From: Candidatus Poribacteria bacterium
Lineage (GTDB): Bacteria > Poribacteria > WGA-4E > WGA-3G
Direction: 5' to 3'
NCBI GenBank assembly: GCA_964291315.2
Contig: OZ219753.1
Span: forward strand, 2,432,001-2,496,000
Length of the DNA stretch: 64,000 nucleotides
The notes below the pieces were generated by a model. It was given only the letters and a program-made list of their open reading frames with translations, made no database searches and was not told where the DNA came from. The position numbers and the translations under genes were made by a program. Position 1 is the first letter of the stretch; every line of letters begins with the position of its first letter. Of the stretch, positions 29,204-37,366 are shown piece after piece.

Positions 29204-29356
29204 GTGTTTAACGGCATAGAAATCATTATTGGGGTTTTGGGTGCCCTAATCGGCATTGGCGGCGGTTATCTGGTCCTTTCCGCTTTTTTTGCAGGTATTC
29301 GACATATTGCGAAACCCAATGCTGTTGAGGCTGAAGAGACAGCATCGAAAAAATAG
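29204..29356 (+). CDS. 50-aa single-TM membrane protein MFNGIEIIIGVLGALIGIGGGYLVLSAFFAGIRHIAKPNAVEAEETASKK
   Basis: Manual translation; GAGGAG SD 7 nt before GTG; hydrophobic Gly-rich helix and charged tail. Confidence 0.75.
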   Translation: MFNGIEIIIGVLGALIGIGGGYLVLSAFFAGIRHIAKPNAVEAEETASKK

Positions 29357-29549
29357 GACATCCGGTGGTTACACCGAAAGAGTTTGAGTATTGACGTTTT
29401 TTCTATCATAATTTCGTTGGGCGCTTCGGAGGAAACTTACGGTCTGCTCTAAGCTCCTCAACGGGTTGTAAGGCAGAACACAAGTTTATCGAAGTTTCCG
29501 CAGGCTTTCGCTGGCGGAGTAGGTCAAATTAAAACGAACAGCGGCAGAT

Positions 29550-30230
29550 ATGCAGTATCGCTCCCTCCATCCGTGGGATGTCACGCCTCAAGAAGCCAGA
29601 GAGATTCAAAACCGGCTCCGTAGAGAGGTGGTTGTGACAAATCAGTTTGGAACGATTAACACCGTTGCTGGGGTAGACATCGGACTGAAAAAGGACGTTG
29701 CACGCGCATCCGTGGTCGTCCTTAGCTTTCCCGAATTGCAGATGGTAGACAGCGAGGTTGCAGAAAGCCCTGTTCGTTTTCCTTATGTACCAGGGTTGTT
29801 GTCTTTTCGAGAGATACCACCCCTATTGGAAGCATTTACACAGCTAAAAACAGAACCAGATTTACTGATAGTGGACGGACAAGGTATTGCACACCCTAGA
29901 CGGTTTGGACTCGCATCACACCTCGGATTAATTTTGGATAGACCGACAATCGGGTGTGCTAAATCCCGACTCTGTGGGAAATATGAAGAACCCAAACCCG
30001 AACGCGGAGCTTACACAGACCTAATAGACAACGGAGAGACCATTGGTGCCGCTGTTCGGACCCGCACAAACGTCCGAGTGGTTTATATATCTATAGGACA
30101 CGGGATATCTTTGCATTCAGCCCGTACATTAACATTGGCATGTTGCCGAGGCTACCGCTTGCCTGAAACGACTCGTTATGCCCACAAAGCTGCCTCTGGT
30201 CACATGCCCCAAAATCTGTTACTGTTTTAA
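29550..30230 (+). CDS. nfi: Endonuclease V
   Basis: AGVD, FPYVPGLLSFRE, DGQGIAHPRRFGLA, GCAKS, LPETTR. Confidence 0.96.
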   Translation: MQYRSLHPWDVTPQEAREIQNRLRREVVVTNQFGTINTVAGVDIGLKKDVARASVVVLSFPELQMVDSEVAESPVRFPYVPGLLSFREIPPLLEAFTQLKTEPDLLIVDGQGIAHPRRFGLASHLGLILDRPTIGCAKSRLCGKYEEPKPERGAYTDLIDNGETIGAAVRTRTNVRVVYISIGHGISLHSARTLTLACCRGYRLPETTRYAHKAASGHMPQNLLLF

Positions 30231-30386
30231 ATCATGAATGATGTACCGGCCGTTTGACTACAGTTACAGTAACCAAAATCCACGATTTGATCAGGAGGCA
30301 ATTGGTGCACTTCGTGGGTATGATCCGGAATTGGAAAAAAAATAGATTCATTGGCACAAATCTAAAAAACGCAGGATTTTGGAAAA

Positions 30387-31562
30387 ATGAATATCTTTTC
30401 AAAACGATTAAATAGACTCCCACACTACATGTTCGGCAAACTCAAGCAATTAACACATGAACGCCGACAGTTGGGGATAGATATTATCGACTTGGGAATG
30501 GGAAACCCAAATCAGCCGACCCCGCAACCTATCATTGATAAATTGACTGAAGCAGCACAAGAACTTCGGAATCACCGCTACTCCGCTTCACGCGGCATCT
30601 TCAACCTTCGCCGAGAGGTCAGCTGGCACTATGAGCGCCGGTTCGATGTTCACGTTTCCCCAGATGAAGAAGTTATTTCTGTTATCGGAACCAAGGAAGG
30701 ATTAGGGCATCTAGCGTTAGCCCTAATTGACGACGGCGACTTGGCGATGGTGCCGAATCCGACATTCCCAATTCATACCCACAGCGTTGTGCTTGCCGGC
30801 GGAAGCGTTGTGAGTATACCGCTCACCGAAGAAAACCATTTTATTCCATCGCTCACCGAAATCACACGCGATATTTGGCCGAGACCGAAGATGCTTATTC
30901 TAAGCTTCCCGCATAATCCAACGGGGGCAGTGGTTGACCTCGGGTTCTTCGAGGAAATCGTGGCGTTCGCAAAACGTCAAGAAATTGTAGTGATTCACGA
31001 TCTCGCTTACGCCGACATTGTTTTTGACGGTTATAAGGCACCAAGCTTCCTACAAGCAAAGGGCGCGAAGGATGTCGGCATCGAATTTTTCTCGCTCTCC
31101 AAATCCTACAATATGGCCGGGTGGCGCTGTGGTTTTGCAGCCGGCAATCGTGAGATAATTGAGGCTCTCGCTCGAATTAAGGGGTATTACGATTACGGGA
31201 TTTTCGCGCCGATCCAGGTTGCTGCAATCATGGCGCTCCGCACACCAGCGGATACAGTGATGGAAAACGCTGCTGTCTATCAAAAACGACGCGATGTGCT
31301 CGTTGAAGGGTTAAACCGAATCGGATGGAAAGTCCCAAAACCTCAGGCCTCTATGTTTGTCTGGGCCCCCATTCCTGAAACATGGCAGCATCTCTCCTCT
31401 ATGGATTTCGCTATGAAACTCCTCAACGAAGCAGAAGTCTGTGTCTCTCCAGGAGCCGGGTTCGGGCATAACGGCGAGGGGTATATCCGCATAGCACTTG
31501 TGGAAAACGAGGACAGAATCCGCCAGGCAGTCCGTCAAATTCGACGAGCTCTATTCAGCTAA
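30387..31562 (+). CDS. alaC: Class I PLP aminotransferase (AlaC-like)
   Basis: DLGMGNP, FPHNPTG, HDLAY, SLSKSYNMAGWR, LARIKGYYDYG. Confidence 0.8.
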   Translation: MNIFSKRLNRLPHYMFGKLKQLTHERRQLGIDIIDLGMGNPNQPTPQPIIDKLTEAAQELRNHRYSASRGIFNLRREVSWHYERRFDVHVSPDEEVISVIGTKEGLGHLALALIDDGDLAMVPNPTFPIHTHSVVLAGGSVVSIPLTEENHFIPSLTEITRDIWPRPKMLILSFPHNPTGAVVDLGFFEEIVAFAKRQEIVVIHDLAYADIVFDGYKAPSFLQAKGAKDVGIEFFSLSKSYNMAGWRCGFAAGNREIIEALARIKGYYDYGIFAPIQVAAIMALRTPADTVMENAAVYQKRRDVLVEGLNRIGWKVPKPQASMFVWAPIPETWQHLSSMDFAMKLLNEAEVCVSPGAGFGHNGEGYIRIALVENEDRIRQAVRQIRRALFS

Positions 31563-31572
31563 TGATCAAGTC

Positions 31573-31634
31573 ATATGTATACAAACTATATATATCAACC
31601 AGGATATGTATAAAAATCGTGAAAAAGTATACAT
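31573..31634. repeat. 62-bp direct repeat, copy 1 (upstream of fic)
   Basis: atatgtatacaaactatatatatcaaccaggatatgtataaaaatcgtgaaaaagtatacat; 56/62 identical to 32796-32857. Confidence 0.92.
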
Positions 31635-31659
31635 GTTCAGTTGTTAAAGGGGGCGGCCC

Positions 31660-32760
31660 GTGAGAAGAACGGCGCAATTCAATCCGAACGTTCCATGGAA
31701 CGATCTTCCTGAACTTCCGCCCGCTGCGGACCTTGAATCGCGTGTCATCCTTAAAGGGTGCATATCGGCAACGGCTGAGCTTTTCAGGGCAAATGCCTTG
31801 GGGAAAATGCTGCCAAACGAAGAGGTTCTGATAAATACGTTACCACTTCAGGAAGCACGTAGGAGTTCGGAAATCGAAAACATCGTTACAACCAACGATG
31901 ACCTATACCGAGCGATGGCATCTGACATAAACTGTGTTAAGCTCGACTCCAATACCAAAGAAGTACTACACTATCGCGAGGCATTATGGCAAGGTGTCAG
32001 GCAGATCCGAGAAGGCTTATCTCTAGACATACGCCTCTTTGAGCACCTCTGCTCGCTTATTCTTGGCGAAAAAATGAAAATCCGTAACGACGAAGTGGTG
32101 ATTGAAAACCGAGCAGCACAGCAGCTCATTTACAAACCCCCAACCGGATACAGCACCCTTATCAGATTGCTAACCAATCTTGAACGATTCATTAATGATA
32201 CGTCTGATAAATTCCAACCCCTTGTTAAAATGGCCGTAATGCACTACCAGTTTGAGGCGATACATCCCTTCGTGGATGGCAATGGACGAACAGGGCGTAT
32301 ACTCAACGTCCTCTATTTGGTGTATCAAAAACTGCTTGATGCCCCAATCCTTTATCTTAGTCGTTTCTTCATCCAAAATCGGGATGAGTATTATCGCTAT
32401 CTTCGTGACGTCACGGAAAATGGAGACTGGCAGCAGTGGATTCTCTATATCTTGGAAGCAGTAGAACAGACCTCGCGAGACACGGCAGACAAAATAGAGG
32501 CAATTAATCGTCTTATCAATGAAGTCTCCATAAAAGCACGAGGCAAAACAAAAGCCGTTGAACGTGAAGGGTTTGTTGACCTACTTTTCAAGTGGCCCTA
32601 TTGTAAAATCGGCATCGTCCAGAGAGAATTGGGGTGTACTCGCGTCACGGCCACAAGGTACTTGAACGAAACCGCAGCCCTTGGATTGCTGAGGCGTGTA
32701 AAATTCGGGCGAGAATACTACTACATCAACAAGGATCTGATGCAGTTACTATCAGACTAA
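31660..32760 (+). CDS. Class II Fic protein with C-terminal HTH
   Basis: Inhibitory SSEIEN, catalytic HPFVDGNGRTGR, C-terminal TRVTATRYL helix. Confidence 0.93.
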   Translation: MRRTAQFNPNVPWNDLPELPPAADLESRVILKGCISATAELFRANALGKMLPNEEVLINTLPLQEARRSSEIENIVTTNDDLYRAMASDINCVKLDSNTKEVLHYREALWQGVRQIREGLSLDIRLFEHLCSLILGEKMKIRNDEVVIENRAAQQLIYKPPTGYSTLIRLLTNLERFINDTSDKFQPLVKMAVMHYQFEAIHPFVDGNGRTGRILNVLYLVYQKLLDAPILYLSRFFIQNRDEYYRYLRDVTENGDWQQWILYILEAVEQTSRDTADKIEAINRLINEVSIKARGKTKAVEREGFVDLLFKWPYCKIGIVQRELGCTRVTATRYLNETAALGLLRRVKFGREYYYINKDLMQLLSD

Positions 32761-32795
32761 ACATTTAATGACAGCTGAGAAGCAGATCTGTGCGG

Positions 32796-32857
32796 ATATG
32801 TATACAAACTATACATGTCAACCGGGATATGTATACAAATCTCGAAAAAGTATACAT
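32796..32857. repeat. 62-bp direct repeat, copy 2 (downstream of fic)
   Basis: atatgtatacaaactatacatgtcaaccgggatatgtatacaaatctcgaaaaagtatacat. Confidence 0.92.
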
Positions 32858-32912
32858 ATCCCGTCTAAAATGTATAGAAATTGCTCAAAGCCCCATCTCT
32901 TAACTCTGCAGG

Positions 32913-33815
32913 TTATGCAAGCCCCCACTGTTTTTTTGCTTCCTCAAACGAAATCTTTTGGCTGCCCGTGTGAGACATAGGGTTTTTACCGATCCATCGT
33001 TCATCAATCGGGTCTGCTGCTGGTTGAAAACGGATGTCGCAGCTAATACGCCACTGGTCGGACAGGTTTTTCGTGGAGGCGTGCAACGTGTGCATTGTGA
33101 AGATAACGACATCCCCCATCTTGAAGTCGGCGGTCTTCCATTCGCCACCATACTTATCACTGATTTCCATTGGGTCGCGTCCGAAATGCCCGGGGGTACC
33201 GTCCCGATCTACGTCTGTTCTTCCATAGGTGTTCCGAATGGGTGCAAAACTCGAAAGATTGTGTGAACCCACAAGCACAGCCAGTGTACCCATAGTTGCA
33301 GGCACATCCCCGAAAGGAACCCAACACGTATGGAGCTGCTCCGATCCACGTCCCATATAGACGAAGTCGAAATGTGGACCTGACCAGACGGTGGGGCGGA
33401 TAAACCGCAGCCATTTATAATCGAAAGTTCGAGTATCGCCGCTGAAGAAGTTTCGGAAAAATTTGAAAAGTTCATCTCCCTCTAACACTGCAAGTACATC
33501 CGGGTGGTGTGTGATCGCAGGGGTGCCCATCGTCCGTCCGGGGCTCCCCGCACCGGCGAAAGCCTCCATGATGTCGGTGCCCGGCTTGAAAACCTCATCT
33601 TTTCCGTTTCCGGCGGCGTATTCAAGGATAGCACGCCTCGCAGCGATAACTTTTTCTTTTTCTATTAAACTCCGCACAAGCAGATAGCCATCCTCTGCTA
33701 TCTGGCGGTGCAAGTCTTTTGTTGAGTCAAGCACCTCATTGCAGTCCCGAAGTACACCGAGGTGTGGCCCGGGGAAGGTCAATTCATGGTCTCCTAAAAA
33801 GACAGTTTCTGCCAC
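32913..33815 (-). CDS. PhyH family dioxygenase
   Basis: EDGYLLVR, PHFDFVYMGRG, GDVVIFTMHTLHAS, RISCDIRFQ; GGAGG SD. Confidence 0.9.
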   Translation of the reverse strand: MAETVFLGDHELTFPGPHLGVLRDCNEVLDSTKDLHRQIAEDGYLLVRSLIEKEKVIAARRAILEYAAGNGKDEVFKPGTDIMEAFAGAGSPGRTMGTPAITHHPDVLAVLEGDELFKFFRNFFSGDTRTFDYKWLRFIRPTVWSGPHFDFVYMGRGSEQLHTCWVPFGDVPATMGTLAVLVGSHNLSSFAPIRNTYGRTDVDRDGTPGHFGRDPMEISDKYGGEWKTADFKMGDVVIFTMHTLHASTKNLSDQWRISCDIRFQPAADPIDERWIGKNPMSHTGSQKISFEEAKKQWGLA

Positions 33816-33857
33816 TGTTTGCCTCCAAATCGTGTGATTAAGCCATAGTTTATCTTC

Positions 33858-34484
33858 TTAGATTACAGAAGGTTGAATCCGTTGTACGCCAAGTTGAAAG
33901 AGAGCAGCATTTGCTGAGCTATCAAAGGTGAAAACTGGTTTGCCCGACCTCACTACCCTCTTTGCAAATTCCAACGTCTTACTGTCTTCAGCTGCATGGG
34001 CAATACAGATTTTATCAGCAAGCGCAGCAACGAAAACGTTCCGCTGCCTTGCAAGTGCCGCAGTGGATCGTTTATATTCACTCCCGAAACTAGATAGAAT
34101 TAAGAACCGAGATTCCGATAACGCGGATTGCCACGCAGGTTTCAGCCGCATATTTTCAATGCCCCGCGCAGGACAGAGAAGAATCGGTTGTGAACCGCGC
34201 AATAGGACACGTAGACATTCTTGCTCAACCGGCGAGTGATACCCGCCAATCGTCGGCACCCCTATTTCCTTGAAATTTTGCGCCAAGTCGTGTGTTTTCA
34301 GGATGATCTCACCAGAACATTTGCTGGAGCAGAAAAGTGCCCAAAGATTGCCGTTCAAGGCGGTGTTCGGTCCTGGGAATAAATTCATATTTCCGCGCAC
34401 CCAGATAGTTTCCGGGGCATCTGTCTTTAAATAATTCTTCACCCCTTCTGGATAATTCACGTCTGTTTGTGTGATGCGTTGCAT
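33858..34484 (-). CDS. Short DprA/Smf-like Rossmann-fold protein
   Basis: ALFCSSKC, GGYHSPVE, CPAR, RNVFVAALAD. Confidence 0.78.
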   Translation of the reverse strand: MQRITQTDVNYPEGVKNYLKTDAPETIWVRGNMNLFPGPNTALNGNLWALFCSSKCSGEIILKTHDLAQNFKEIGVPTIGGYHSPVEQECLRVLLRGSQPILLCPARGIENMRLKPAWQSALSESRFLILSSFGSEYKRSTAALARQRNVFVAALADKICIAHAAEDSKTLEFAKRVVRSGKPVFTFDSSANAALFQLGVQRIQPSVI

Positions 34485-34736
34485 TGATCGCGTCCCTTCC
34501 TATTTATGCCCGCATTTATTGTAGATATTCGGCTGCCCTATCCGAAGTTGTAATATTTTAACAAATCTCGGCAATTCGTGCAAGCGGAACGTGTACCCAA
34601 TCGCTTAGCTAGTTCCAGCGCAGGGATTTGTGTATCGGTAAGATAAAAGTTTCTTTAAAGGAGGTTGTTCAGTTTTCAGGTTTTTCCCAAAAACGAAATG
34701 ATAGAGCTGAGCACCCCTCTCCTTTAAAAAATGTTG

Positions 34737-34765
34737 TTGACCCGACGATGAATAACTGCTAAAAT
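34737..34765 (+). promoter_or_regulatory. Sigma70-type promoter
   Basis: TTGACC-N17-TAAAAT with TG extension. Confidence 0.55.
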
Positions 34766-34824
34766 CATGCTATTCTGGATTTACATCCAACAATTTGATT
34801 CAACAAAATATTGGGGGGCGACCT

Positions 34825-35697
34825 ATGAAGGAATATTTGAAGATTCAGAAACCTGAGCTTGATTATACCTACGAGTTTGGGACCGATCAGCTGTCTCTCA
34901 TGTCCGAATGTCTAGAGGCACACGGATTTGCAATTATCAAAGATGTTCTACCTCCAGAGTTAGTCGATAGCGTAAAGCAGGCAGTCTTTGAGGGTACAGA
35001 TCCGAATCTAGACCTAAAGCATGGAGAAAGCCGGACCCGACATGCTTGGATTGAGTCTGGGCCGGGGGCGTGGCAACTCTTGGAGTACCAGCCCTTCATG
35101 AAAATACATCACCATCTGATTGGAGCAGAAACCCTGACGCTACACCGCTCTGCCGCTATTATCCGGATGCCCGGGTCGCGGCCCGTTGCATGGCACACAG
35201 ATTGGTGCGGGTTTTCGTCAGGTACACCTAAGAATTCAGGCGATGTACTCAACCGCGGCCCCTGGCCATCAGGGAAATGGTTCTATCTGACAGGCTCCCG
35301 CCCGGAACACGGAGGGTTGTGTGTGATTGCAGACTCTCATGTGGAAAATTGGGAGGGGCCTGAAGGTTTTAACATGACAGCAGATAGACGCTCTTTTTAC
35401 AAGAAAGGCGAAGAAGAGAAGGCTTATATCGACTTCGATATTCCGGACATCGTGCCGCTGTTCACGAATCCAGGCGATATGATTGTGTTTGCACACCGGA
35501 CGTATCACGGCGCATTCCCTAACCAAAGTAATGAGATTCGATTGTCATGCGCTATCGGTTTCCGGAGCCGGGACCACTACATCGATATTCCGTGGGAGAT
35601 CCCAAATGAGGGGAAGCAGTTTTTAGGAGATTTACCGCCACATTTACATGCATACACCCACGGTTACACCAGTATTGATTTGGCATGGCAGGGATAG
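34825..35697 (+). CDS. PhyH family dioxygenase
   Basis: HGFAIIKDVL, WHTD, PGDMIVFAHRTYHG. Confidence 0.88.
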   Translation: MKEYLKIQKPELDYTYEFGTDQLSLMSECLEAHGFAIIKDVLPPELVDSVKQAVFEGTDPNLDLKHGESRTRHAWIESGPGAWQLLEYQPFMKIHHHLIGAETLTLHRSAAIIRMPGSRPVAWHTDWCGFSSGTPKNSGDVLNRGPWPSGKWFYLTGSRPEHGGLCVIADSHVENWEGPEGFNMTADRRSFYKKGEEEKAYIDFDIPDIVPLFTNPGDMIVFAHRTYHGAFPNQSNEIRLSCAIGFRSRDHYIDIPWEIPNEGKQFLGDLPPHLHAYTHGYTSIDLAWQG

Positions 35698-35749
35698 ATT
35701 TTTCTATTTTGTTAGATAAACGTAAAGTTTCCGATTCAAATCTTTTTTC

Positions 35750-37072
35750 TCAAAGTGCCTCCTTTTTGACGAAGCCAATGCTGTCCACTGCATCGAGATA
35801 GTGGCTCTGTGTTTTGAGATCAACCTCATCAAAGTCTTCGGGCCAGTCCCCATAGGCTCCTGTCTCGTCTACGTCGGCACTAGCAACTTCGGTTATACCC
35901 TCTTCACGCCGAGTAAACCAATGCAATTTGACTAACTCCGGTGGGAGGTTTCCTTCAGCAACAAGCGTCTGAATTCCTAAAAGTAGGAGTGAGCTGTGTG
36001 TTTCGGCAACGATGCGTACGCCTCGTTTCGCTGCGTCTGCAAGCACTCTTGCCAAAGCAACCTGCGCGCGCGGGTGGAGATGCAGCTCGGGTTGTTCGAG
36101 ATAAACTAACTGCCCCGGCTCCGCAACAATCAAAGCAACCAAAACAGGTAGAACTTGTGACACCCCAAATCCTACGTCTGCGATGTTGACCATATCCATG
36201 TTGTTAGTGTTAGCGTGGTAAAGACGACTCACTTGAAGTTCTATGCGGACATCGTCAATTGTTTTGGTACCGACTTTTTCTGTTAGCCCCAGGATATGCA
36301 GTGCTTCGGTTAATGTTTGCAGGCGCCCATCTTTTTTGAGCTGCCATTCGTGAATAAGACTTGCGGTGTAGTATTCAAAAGTCCCGTAATACCATGGCCC
36401 GGTGCTGGTTCGTTTGTAGGTACGTTCTGGATTGCCACGTAAACCGGGAAGATGAAGGCTTTGAAGAATCTGATATCCAGTATTCACTCTAATGGGAGTG
36501 ATTAAACCGATAAACTGATCGTCTCTACGCTTGTCTTGGATTTGCTGTTCAAAATCTAGAAAACAACGTAACTGTCGCACGACATCAAATCCCTCAGGGA
36601 TCCAGTCTTCCTCAACCATTCGCTTGATTTCTTCAGGCTGCATCTTAGGGGACACAGTGGTTACCTTAGTAGCATCTGGGGTGTCCTTGAATTTTACCTC
36701 CATTTTGACAAGCTCAAGCCCGCCCGAGCTTTTACTGAAGGTTATCCCCACTGCGTGAGAAAAATTAGGAGCCACCGCTTCAATCTGAATCCGAAAGCCG
36801 TCTGTTTTCTGCCCGTTTGTTAGCTTAGACAGAAATTGTTCTGCCAACGTAAACTGAACATTTGGTCCATCAATTAACAGAGGACCTGGATCGTAGGGTG
36901 CCTCCAGCGTCTGTTTTAGCATCAGCAACGGTTGCATAATGCTGGATTTGCCAGAACTGTTCGCACCCGCAAGGATCGTCAACGGTCGAATGTCAATTTC
37001 ACACTCCTCCACTATCGACTTGAAACCTTTAACGGCTATCTTGGTGATGCTTTCTATCGTTTGTTCAGGCAT
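35750..37072 (-). CDS. AAA_21/AbiEii-like ATPase with DUF3696-like C-terminus
   Basis: GFKS, GANSSGKS Walker A, VGFGVSQVLP, EQPELHLHP, ETHS, DWPEDF. Confidence 0.88.
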   Translation of the reverse strand: MPEQTIESITKIAVKGFKSIVEECEIDIRPLTILAGANSSGKSSIMQPLLMLKQTLEAPYDPGPLLIDGPNVQFTLAEQFLSKLTNGQKTDGFRIQIEAVAPNFSHAVGITFSKSSGGLELVKMEVKFKDTPDATKVTTVSPKMQPEEIKRMVEEDWIPEGFDVVRQLRCFLDFEQQIQDKRRDDQFIGLITPIRVNTGYQILQSLHLPGLRGNPERTYKRTSTGPWYYGTFEYYTASLIHEWQLKKDGRLQTLTEALHILGLTEKVGTKTIDDVRIELQVSRLYHANTNNMDMVNIADVGFGVSQVLPVLVALIVAEPGQLVYLEQPELHLHPRAQVALARVLADAAKRGVRIVAETHSSLLLLGIQTLVAEGNLPPELVKLHWFTRREEGITEVASADVDETGAYGDWPEDFDEVDLKTQSHYLDAVDSIGFVKKEAL

Positions 37073-37136
37073 ATAAGTACCTACCTCTTGTGTTCGGTGA
37101 GTTAATTGTCTGAAGGATTCGTATAAAATTTAATAT

Positions 37137-37346
37137 CTATTCTTCCCACGGATTTTCAACGGGTATCGGTTTACCTGGTTCTTCGTATGTTAACTTCACT
37201 CGTATAGTACCTGATTCGAGCGGAGGCGGAGTGAATATAACAGCATCCAAGTTAAGAATGTCTTCTTCTTCATAGAAAGGAAAAGGGGATAGTTTCTTTC
37301 GTGTATCCGTCAATTCTTGTGTCATTATAGACTCAATATCCTCCAA
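37137..37346 (-). CDS. Small acidic hypothetical protein
   Basis: 69-aa ORF filling the gap between the methyltransferase and the ATPase on the same strand. Confidence 0.55.
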   Translation of the reverse strand: MEDIESIMTQELTDTRKKLSPFPFYEEEDILNLDAVIFTPPPLESGTIRVKLTYEEPGKPIPVENPWEE

Positions 37347-37366
37347 TGTTTGTTCAATTCAATACA

